Source: Thermoanaerobaculia bacterium (GTDB lineage Bacteria > Acidobacteriota > Thermoanaerobaculia > UBA5066 > Gp7-AA6). Taken from it: a stretch of 31,480 nt of DNA. Numbering within the stretch: position 1 is the stretch's first letter; each line of letters begins with the position of its first letter. Positions 10,303 to 16,572 of the stretch are shown here, in pieces. The position numbers and the translations under genes are program-made. The notes below the pieces were generated by a model. That model had not been told where the DNA came from. It made no database searches and saw only the letters and a list, made by a program, of their open reading frames with translations. The stretch lies in the NCBI GenBank assembly GCA_036395335.1, contig DASWDK010000176.1:1-31480 (forward strand). Reading direction: 5' to 3'.

Positions 10303-10308
10303 ATTGTA
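10303..10308 (-). promoter_or_regulatory. Putative sigma70 -10 box (TACAAT) for the small-membrane-protein/thiE/mscS/acpS operon
   Basis: TACAAT on the minus strand, downstream of the terminator and 9 nt before ATG 10293; no clear -35. Confidence 0.45.
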
Positions 10309-10351
10309 GTTTCCCACGAGCGACGGCTCGATTTCGACGCCGCGCCGACAC

Positions 10352-10377
10352 AAAAAGACCGCGCCCGAAGGCGCGGT
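10352..10377 (-). terminator. Rho-independent terminator of the DUF6600 gene
   Basis: The minus strand reads ACCGCGCC-TTCG-GGCGCGGT followed by CTTTTT: a perfect 8-bp stem, C(UUCG)G loop and U-tract, about 30 nt after the stop at 10410. Confidence 0.85.
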
Positions 10378-10409
10378 GTGAGGAAGAGGAAATCCCTTTG
10401 GACCGGAGA

Positions 10410-12809
10410 TCAGCCTTTGTGACCCTTGCCGTGACCTTTGGAACCGGAGGCAGGAGCTGACGGAGCGGAGGACTGCGGCGCCCGTTCGACGCGGGGCGGC
10501 TCGCGGTACTCGCGCGGGGCGGGCGCCCGGAACTCGCGGGGCTCGGGGCGATACTCGCGGGCCGGCGGTGCACCGTACTCCCGCGGTGGGAGTCGATACT
10601 CCCGCGGAGCGGGCGCCACCCTCTCGGGGCTTCGCTGGCGCCAGTCGGCCCCGCCAAGGCTCTGGCGGCCATGCGGTGCGCTTTCGGTTTCCGCCTGCCA
10701 GCGGCGGCCCGGAACTGCACCTTCGATCACGCGTCGGGCGGGGGGGACCTCGGAGCGGCTCCGCCAGCCCGGTTCGGAGCTGCGGGGTTCGGGCACCGGC
10801 GCGACCCGCCGCGATTCGGGGCGGCCCCGCCACGTTTCCTCACGCGAAACCGACTTACCGGGCTTGCGCCGTTCGATCTCGTCGGGCGCGCGTCCCGGCC
10901 GATCGGGGGGCGGCGGGGCTTCCCGCTTCAAATCCGGCGCGCGTTGACGCCAGTCCTGCGCAGGCGGAGCCGGCTCGGATCGATCCGTCGCCCTTCCTTC
11001 GCGCGGGGCCACGGTCTCCGGCCGGCCGCGGCCCTTGTCGCCGCGCTCGATGCCCGAGACGTCGGGGGCCGGGGCGCGGCCGATCTCCCGGCCGCGACCG
11101 CGCCAGACGTCCTCGCTACGCGGTCCAGCGGTGGCCGGCGCCTCGCGGGCGGTCTCTCCCGACACGATCGGCGCGACGCCGGCCTTGCGTCCGCGCGCGA
11201 AAGCGGATCCCTTGTCGCCGCCAAGCTTTTCGGCGCCGCCGCGACTGCCCAGGAACTCGGTGACCGAACGGCCTCTCTCGACGATCGTTCCGCGGGAGGC
11301 GAGCTCGTCGGCGCCCGGTCCTCCGAGCTGCCCGCGGCCGGTCACGACAGCCCGCTCCCGCAAGGCGTCCAGGGTCGAGGGGGGCAGCGACTTCTCGCGT
11401 GCGAGGACCGGAGCGAGACGCGTTGCGTCCCGCGACTTGGTGCGCTCGATCAGAGCGGGAGCTTCCTTCACGTAGTTCTGAATCGCCTGCGACACCGACT
11501 CACCACGCGAAGAGACGACGATCGGCTTCGCGGAAATCGCGATCTGGTCGCCGAGCGTCGAGGCGATCCGGGTTCCCGGTACGACCGCCAGCCGGTCGGA
11601 GGTCGTTCCGAGCGACCGGGAGGCGGCGAAGTTCCAGCCGCCGAGATCGACCTTGGAGGTCTTGAACGTCCCCGAAAGGGCGAATACGAGGTTCCGCGCT
11701 CGGCTGTATCCGCCCGTCCACCCCCAGGAGCGGTAGTAGTTGTCGAACCAGGGGGAGAAGAACGAGTAGTAGCCGACCGGACACCAACCGACGTAGCCCG
11801 GCGTATAGCCCCAGTAGACCCACGCCGGTGAGTAGACGTAAGAGGGGGCCCAGCACCAGTGGTGGAAGCCGACGTCGAAGAACCAGCTGCCGTAGTGGAA
11901 GGGATACCAACCCCACGGATCCCACGACCACCAGGTCAGACCGATCGGCGTGTAATACCAGGTCCCGGAGGAGTAAGGCGTCCATCCGATCGAGACCCGG
12001 GGGACCCAGACGTTCGTCGAGTAGGTGGAGTTGTACTCCCAGTCGCCGTAGTCGTCGAGAGCGACGACGTCGCTCGCGTAATCCTCGTCCACGTAGCGAA
12101 CCGAGGCGCTTCGGGCGGTCTCGTCCGAGAGGCCCTCCAGCCGGTCGGCGCACCACAGGTCGAACCGGTCGCGCGAGAAAACGCCTCGTGAGATGTCGGG
12201 TGTTTCGTCTCCCTGGACCATCAGGTACTGACCGGCGTCTACCGTGTAACTGTCCAATCGCGTGCGGACTTCCGCGGAGCCGGCGCGCACGACGACGACC
12301 GTCCCGCGTCGTGGATCGGCGTTGACCCGGACTCGCGAGCTGGCGGACAGGTAAACCGTCGCGTCCTCGGTGTCGATCCGAGGGACGGACTTCTCGTCGG
12401 CACCCGTCGTCGCGAGGACCACCGAACCGTCACGGAGGTCGATCGCCGAAAAATCGTCGTTCTCGCCCTGCTGATCGTTGAGAGAAGTGAAGCGCGCTCG
12501 CGTTCCTCCGCCGACGAAAAGCAGATTGCCGTCAGCGAGCCCGATCTCGGCACGGCCCGCCTCGGAGACCAGGATCTCGTCGCCGGCGGAGATCGGCATG
12601 TTTCGGCGGGCGGTCACGCGTCCGTTCCAGCGCGACTGGACGGTCACACCCCCGACCGTCTCGCGGACGTACGAGTAACCGTTGCGCTGGCCGTCGGACG
12701 GCCGGTCGGAGTTGGTCGGCCGGGATGAGGGTTGGTATTGGGAAAAACCGGTCGCGACCGTCAACAACGTCAGGGCCACGCCCAGGAAAACCCGCTTCGT
12801 GGAGCTCAT
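10410..12809 (-). CDS. Exported FecR-like plus DUF6600-type protein with a long Pro/Arg-rich disordered tail
   Basis: Signal peptide MSSTKRVFLGVALTLLTVATGFS; FecR-like beta region (RRNMPISAGDEILVSEAGRAEIGL); aromatic-rich YGDWEY...WVP.VSIGWTPY..G.WYY...W.W.S.DPWGWYPFHYG.W as in DUF6600. SD GGAGG lies 6 nt before ATG 12809. Confidence 0.8.
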   Translation of the reverse strand: MSSTKRVFLGVALTLLTVATGFSQYQPSSRPTNSDRPSDGQRNGYSYVRETVGGVTVQSRWNGRVTARRNMPISAGDEILVSEAGRAEIGLADGNLLFVGGGTRARFTSLNDQQGENDDFSAIDLRDGSVVLATTGADEKSVPRIDTEDATVYLSASSRVRVNADPRRGTVVVVRAGSAEVRTRLDSYTVDAGQYLMVQGDETPDISRGVFSRDRFDLWCADRLEGLSDETARSASVRYVDEDYASDVVALDDYGDWEYNSTYSTNVWVPRVSIGWTPYSSGTWYYTPIGLTWWSWDPWGWYPFHYGSWFFDVGFHHWCWAPSYVYSPAWVYWGYTPGYVGWCPVGYYSFFSPWFDNYYRSWGWTGGYSRARNLVFALSGTFKTSKVDLGGWNFAASRSLGTTSDRLAVVPGTRIASTLGDQIAISAKPIVVSSRGESVSQAIQNYVKEAPALIERTKSRDATRLAPVLAREKSLPPSTLDALRERAVVTGRGQLGGPGADELASRGTIVERGRSVTEFLGSRGGAEKLGGDKGSAFARGRKAGVAPIVSGETAREAPATAGPRSEDVWRGRGREIGRAPAPDVSGIERGDKGRGRPETVAPREGRATDRSEPAPPAQDWRQRAPDLKREAPPPPDRPGRAPDEIERRKPGKSVSREETWRGRPESRRVAPVPEPRSSEPGWRSRSEVPPARRVIEGAVPGRRWQAETESAPHGRQSLGGADWRQRSPERVAPAPREYRLPPREYGAPPAREYRPEPREFRAPAPREYREPPRVERAPQSSAPSAPASGSKGHGKGHKG
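10500..10606 (-). repeat. Five degenerate in-frame (P/A)RE(Y/F) peptide repeats, 21-24 nt period
   Basis: TACTC/AACTC cores at 10507, 10531, 10552, 10576 and 10597 encode PREYRLP-PREYGAPP-AREYRPE-PREFRAPA-PREYREP. Confidence 0.8.
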
Positions 12810-12833
12810 CGGCATCCTCCGGTTTAAAGAGAG

Positions 12834-12849
12834 AGCGATGCCCGTGCCA
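12834..12849 (-). promoter_or_regulatory. Sigma54 (RpoN) -24/-12 promoter for the DUF6600 gene
   Basis: The minus strand reads TGGCACGGGCATCGCT against consensus TGGCACG-N4-TTGCW, with exact GG-N10-GC spacing. Predicted +1 is an A at 12823, 3 nt before the SD GGAGG. Confidence 0.7.
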
Positions 12850-12887
12850 CCCGAGTGTCCAGACGTTTACCTAATAAGCCACTTTGG

Positions 12888-12971
12888 AATCAGAGACTTC
12901 GCCCGAGGCTGCCAGCTCTTCCGGGGACGGACTGTCCGACCATGCGGACACCATTTCGAAGTGCGAGGACA
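12888..12971. promoter_or_regulatory. Candidate IHF site (12888-12900) and upstream activator palindrome(s) (12933-12971)
   Basis: AATCAG-AGAC-TTC against WATCAR-N4-TTR. TGTCC-N8-GGACA palindrome at 12933-12950, plus a second GGACAC 21 bp away. Confidence 0.4.
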
Positions 12972-12995
12972 CTCGCGAGATGCCGTCCGGCAGGC

Positions 12996-13004
12996 TGCTA
13001 CTCT
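12996..13004 (+). promoter_or_regulatory. Putative extended -10 (TG-C-TACTCT) for def-cysS
   Basis: TGCTACTCT ends 8 nt before the def ATG at 13013; no SD in between. Confidence 0.45.
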
Positions 13005-13012
13005 CCTCTGCA

Positions 13013-13522
13013 ATGTCGATCCGGAACCTGGTTCGCTGGGGAGACGCGCGCCTTCTCGCCGAGAACCAGGAGGTCCTCTTCGGCGATGACCTCGCGGGCG
13101 TGATCACGGACCTCGTCGACACCTGCCACGCCGCCCCGGGGGTCGGTCTCGCCGCTCCTCAGATCGGAGTCAACCGACGCGTCGCGGTCATCGACCTGTC
13201 GGGAGGCGAGGACGCCTCTGCCATCATCGTCCTCGTGAACCCGTTTATCCTTTCGACCTCCGGCGAGCAGAAGGAGGAAGAAGGCTGCCTCTCGGTTCCC
13301 GACGTCTCCGAGAAGGTCGTGCGGCCCGCCCGGGTCGTCGTGCGGGCGGCGGACGCCGACCTCCAGATCCGTGAAATCGAGGGAACGGGTCTGCTCGCCC
13401 GGGCCCTCTGCCACGAAACCGATCATCTGAACGGAGTTCTCTTCGTGGATCGGTTGCGGGGGCTCAAAGCGGAGATGACCCGGAAGAAGATCGAACGGCG
13501 CCACGCTCGTGGTGCCTGGTGA
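13013..13522 (+). CDS. def: Peptide deformylase
   Basis: GVGLAAPQIG, EGCLS, HETDHLNG motifs. ATG 13013 gives a normal 169 aa. Confidence 0.96.
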   Translation: MSIRNLVRWGDARLLAENQEVLFGDDLAGVITDLVDTCHAAPGVGLAAPQIGVNRRVAVIDLSGGEDASAIIVLVNPFILSTSGEQKEEEGCLSVPDVSEKVVRPARVVVRAADADLQIREIEGTGLLARALCHETDHLNGVLFVDRLRGLKAEMTRKKIERRHARGAW

Positions 13523-14934
13523 AGCTCCACAACACGCTCGGACGTCGGCTCGTCGAGTTCACGCCTCTTGAACCGGGGCACGTCCGCCTCTACACGTGTG
13601 GTCCGACCGTCTACAACGTCGTCCACATCGGCAACCTGCGAACCTTCCTCTTCGAGGACGTCCTGCGCCGACACCTCCTTGCGCGCGGCCACCGGGTGAC
13701 TCAGGTCATGAATCTGACGGACGTCGACGACAAGACGATCCGCGGCGCGGAGCAGGCCGGCGTCCCGCTCGGCGACTTCACCGCCCAGTATTCGGAGGCG
13801 TTTTTCCGCGACATCCGACGGCTGAACGTCGAGCCCGCGGAGCGATACCCGCGGGCGACCGACCACGTTCCCGAGATGGTCGAGCTCATCCGGCGCCTCG
13901 CGGAGCGGGGCCACACCTATGAGTCGGAAGGCTCGGTCTACTTCCGCATTTCGACTTTCCCCGATTATGGAAGGCTCTCGGGGATCGACCTGGACCAGAC
14001 GCGCCGCGGCGACCGCGTCGCCGACGACGAGTACGAGAAGGAGGACGTGCGGGATTTCGCTCTGTGGAAGGCGGCAAAGCCGGGGGAGCCTTCGTGGCCG
14101 TCGCCCTGGGGAGAGGGAAGGCCCGGATGGCACATCGAGTGCTCCGCGATGAGCATGAAGTACCTGGGCCAGCGCTTCGATATCCACACGGGCGCCGTGG
14201 ACAACATCTTTCCCCACCATGAGAACGAGATCGCGCAGAGCGAAGGTGCGACCGGTCACCCCTTCGTCGAGGTCTGGCTGCATGCCGAGCACTTGATCGT
14301 CGACGGCGAGAAGATGGCGAAGTCGAAGGGCAACTTCTACACGCTGGACGACGTGCTCGCCCGGCGCGACGACCCGGCCGCCATTCGATACCTCCTTCTT
14401 TCGGTGCCTTACCGCAAGAAACTGAACTTCACCTGGGACGCGCTCTCGGGGGCGGCCGTCGCCGTTGATCACATTTTTACGACCTGGAGCCGCGTCTCGG
14501 ATTTCGGCGCGGCGTTGGGCTCCAAGCCGGCACCGTTCCCCGCCGAAGAGCGTTCTGAGGAATTCCTCCGCGGCTTCAGCTCCGCGCTCGACGACGATTT
14601 GAACACCCCTCAGGCTCTTGGCGTGCTCTTCCCGTTCCTGACCGAGATCAATAAGGCTTTCGACGAGCGCACGCTCGATGCAAGGGGAGCCGAGATCGCC
14701 CGTCTCGCGATCGAGAGGGCGGACAGGGTGCTCGGCGTGATTTCTTTTCACAGGCAGATGCGGGCGGAGCCCCTCCCTGCCGAGATCGAGGCGCAGATCG
14801 CGGCAAGAAATGCGGCCCGCAAGAGGCGCGACTTCGCGGAGGCCGATCGGATCCGGGACGAGCTCGCCGCCCGGGGAATCGTGCTCGAGGACACGCCGGG
14901 AGGGACGCGGTGGAAGAAAGCGTCGACCGTTTGA
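13519..14934 (+). CDS. cysS: Cysteine--tRNA ligase
   Basis: YTCGPTVY, HIGN, DFALWK, GRPGWHIECSAM, HHENEIAQSE, KMAKS. GTG start overlaps the def TGA. Confidence 0.99.
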   Translation: MKLHNTLGRRLVEFTPLEPGHVRLYTCGPTVYNVVHIGNLRTFLFEDVLRRHLLARGHRVTQVMNLTDVDDKTIRGAEQAGVPLGDFTAQYSEAFFRDIRRLNVEPAERYPRATDHVPEMVELIRRLAERGHTYESEGSVYFRISTFPDYGRLSGIDLDQTRRGDRVADDEYEKEDVRDFALWKAAKPGEPSWPSPWGEGRPGWHIECSAMSMKYLGQRFDIHTGAVDNIFPHHENEIAQSEGATGHPFVEVWLHAEHLIVDGEKMAKSKGNFYTLDDVLARRDDPAAIRYLLLSVPYRKKLNFTWDALSGAAVAVDHIFTTWSRVSDFGAALGSKPAPFPAEERSEEFLRGFSSALDDDLNTPQALGVLFPFLTEINKAFDERTLDARGAEIARLAIERADRVLGVISFHRQMRAEPLPAEIEAQIAARNAARKRRDFAEADRIRDELAARGIVLEDTPGGTRWKKASTV

Positions 14935-14940
14935 TATCCT
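14932..14940 (+). promoter_or_regulatory. Putative extended -10 promoter (TG-A-TATCCT) overlapping the cysS stop codon
   Basis: TGATATCCT ends 7 nt before the leader-peptide ATG at 14948. Confidence 0.55.
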
Positions 14941-14947
14941 CATCACG

Positions 14948-14992
14948 ATGAACGGCCGCTCGGTCTGGTGCTGGCGGGAGGAAAACCGGTAA
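14948..14992 (+). CDS. trpL: trp operon leader peptide MNGRSVWCWREENR (14 aa)
   Basis: ATG AAC GGC CGC TCG GTC TGG TGC TGG CGG GAG GAA AAC CGG TAA: two Trp codons, directly upstream of alternative hairpins and the aro/trp genes. Confidence 0.8.
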   Translation: MNGRSVWCWREENR

Positions 14993-14994
14993 GG

Positions 14995-15073
14995 TCCGGG
15001 CTCGAGGGCTCGGAACCCTGCCGCGATTTTTTTCGGGGCGGGGAGACCAGAGGCAAACGACCCCCGGCCCGGA
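14995..15073 (+). promoter_or_regulatory. Attenuator antiterminator
   Basis: TCCGGGC(TCGAGGG) at 14995-15008 is complementary to (CCCCCG)GCCCGGA at 15061-15073, the terminator's 5' arm and loop. It encloses the hairpin CCCTGCC...GGCGGGG at 15016-15043. Confidence 0.7.
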
Positions 15074-15095
15074 AGGGCTCGGGGGTTTTCGTTTT
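15055..15095 (+). terminator. Attenuator terminator hairpin
   Basis: CCCCCGGCCC-GGAA-GGGC(T)CGGGGG then TTTTCGTTTT: 10-bp GC stem with one bulge, GNRA loop, U-rich tail. Confidence 0.85.
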
Positions 15096-16572
15096 GAGGG
15101 ATCGATCGCTTTCGCTTCCTGCCCACGTGGCGTCGATCGCGCCGCGCGATCTCGCCGACGCGAGGCGCCTCGCTGCGGCCGTTCCCGCTCGGGCGACGGC
15201 GATCGAGTACCGGATGGACGGCGCTGCGGAGAGAATCGCGCCCGCCGCGCTCTCCGAGGTCGATGCCCGGCCCGTGATCGTGACCTGGCGCAGCGTCCGG
15301 GAGGGCGGCCACTTCGAAGGATCCGCGGAGGAATACCGAAGGTTCGTTTCCGAGGCGGCTGCGGCCGGGGCGGTCGTGGACGTCGAGCACGCGAGTGGGC
15401 TCGCGGAGGACCGGGATCTCGTCGAGCGGCGACACCTTCTCGTCTCGTCGCACTTTCCGTTCGGGATTCCACCGGACTGGGAAGCCCGGTTGGCGGCGAT
15501 GCGCTGCACGGGTGCTCTCGCCGTCAAACTCGTCGCGGGGGCGGCCCATCTTCGGGCGAGCCTCGATCTGGCCCAGATCCAGCGGCGATGCGCTGACGGC
15601 AGGACGGCGATCTTCCCGATGGGGCCCGCCAGCGCGCCCGGACGCATTCTGGCGGCGCTCTTCGGATCCGCGCTCGTCTACGGGTCGCTGGGCCGTCCCA
15701 CCGCCGCGGGCCAGCCGACTCTCTCCGAGCTTCTCGACGTCTATGCGACCGACCGCCCCCAGAGACCCCTCGCGCTCTTCGGGATCCTCGCTCTCGACCC
15801 GTCGGGCTCGCTCTCTCCGCTCGTTCACAACGCGCTCTTTCGCGGGCGCGACCTGCCGTTCGCGTATCTCCCGGTCCCGGTCTCGGACTTCGACCGCGAG
15901 CGCCCGAACGAGATCGAGCTCGATCCGCCGTTCCGCGGCTTCTCGATCACGCAACCCTGGAAGACCCGGGCCGCCCGGGTCGGAGCGCCGAGCGAAGACG
16001 TCTCCGCGACGGGAGCGGCCAACACGCTCTTTCTCGAACGGCGGCGGTGGCGCGCCGAGAACACCGACGTCGACGGCATCTTCGATCCGCTGGCGGACCA
16101 TGACACCGGCGAGGGGCGGAGCGCCGTCGTGCTGGGAACCGGAGGCGTCGCGCGCGCCGCGATCGTCGCCGCGCGGCGGCTGGGATACGAGGTTTTCGTG
16201 GCCGGCCGGCGGGATCAGGAGTCGGACGCGATCGCGGAGCGCTTCGGCGTCGACTCGCTCGCCTGGCAGGACGTCGGCGCGAGCGAGGCCGACCTCTACG
16301 TCAACGCCACGCCGGTGGGTTGGCGGGCCGACGATCCGTCGGCCGTCCCGGTCCGCGTCCTCGAGGGACGGCCGCTCGTCTTCGACTGCGTTTACCGCCG
16401 CAACGGGGAAGAGACCTCGACCGTCCGCGCCGCCCGCGCCGCAGGATGCCGCGTCGTCGAAGGTCTCGAGATGTTCGCGGTGCAGGCCGGCGCTCAGGCG
16501 CGACTCTTCGGGGTCGAGGGCGTGACGCGCGAGGAAGTGGCACGGATTCTCGCGGGAGCGCAGGCGTCATGA
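15094..16572 (+). CDS. aroE: Bifunctional type I 3-dehydroquinate dehydratase / shikimate dehydrogenase (AroD-AroE fusion)
   Basis: N-terminal DHQase I (IEYRMD, IVTWR...EGG, SSH, AVKLV, MG....GRI....GS). C-terminal SDH (SLSPLVHN, SITQPWK, GAANT, NTDVDG, LGTGGVARA, NATPVG, DCVY, GLEMF..QA..Q). Start TTG 15094 is inferred. Confidence 0.9.
   Translation: MRDRSLSLPAHVASIAPRDLADARRLAAAVPARATAIEYRMDGAAERIAPAALSEVDARPVIVTWRSVREGGHFEGSAEEYRRFVSEAAAAGAVVDVEHASGLAEDRDLVERRHLLVSSHFPFGIPPDWEARLAAMRCTGALAVKLVAGAAHLRASLDLAQIQRRCADGRTAIFPMGPASAPGRILAALFGSALVYGSLGRPTAAGQPTLSELLDVYATDRPQRPLALFGILALDPSGSLSPLVHNALFRGRDLPFAYLPVPVSDFDRERPNEIELDPPFRGFSITQPWKTRAARVGAPSEDVSATGAANTLFLERRRWRAENTDVDGIFDPLADHDTGEGRSAVVLGTGGVARAAIVAARRLGYEVFVAGRRDQESDAIAERFGVDSLAWQDVGASEADLYVNATPVGWRADDPSAVPVRVLEGRPLVFDCVYRRNGEETSTVRAARAAGCRVVEGLEMFAVQAGAQARLFGVEGVTREEVARILAGAQAS

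Noticed and set aside
10500-10606. Possible CRISPR-like or intergenic repeat array
   Set aside because: Units are only 21-24 nt, degenerate, lack unique spacers, and are in frame within a protein tail. No cas genes are present.
12852-12975. 9-bp inverted repeat CGAGTGTCC...GGACACTCG as an element end or RNA stem
   Set aside because: Too short to be significant over about 200 bp of GC-rich DNA, and no transposase. It is noted only as sharing the TGTCC/GGACA half-site.
12884-13012. 43-aa N-terminal extension of peptide deformylase; likewise the extensions of thiE (to 10720), aroDE (14968), rodZ (23269) and the J-protein (25552)
   Set aside because: Homology starts at the downstream ATG/TTG. 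The extensions run through promoters, the attenuator or neighbouring genes.
14810-14992. 60-aa ORF from the ORF track as the leader peptide
   Set aside because: Its first 46 codons lie out of frame inside cysS or its stop region. Only the ATG 14948 portion fits the promoter and attenuator geometry.
13423-16101. 892-aa minus-strand ORF and other long ORFs (3242-4759 +, 5027-7027 -, 6097-7554 +, 18515-20494 -, 20631-22130 -, 27516-28973 -, 30063-31472 +)
   Set aside because: They are antisense or alternate-frame shadows of clear housekeeping genes. Arg/Pro/Gly-rich composition with no motifs is expected from stop-codon scarcity at high GC.
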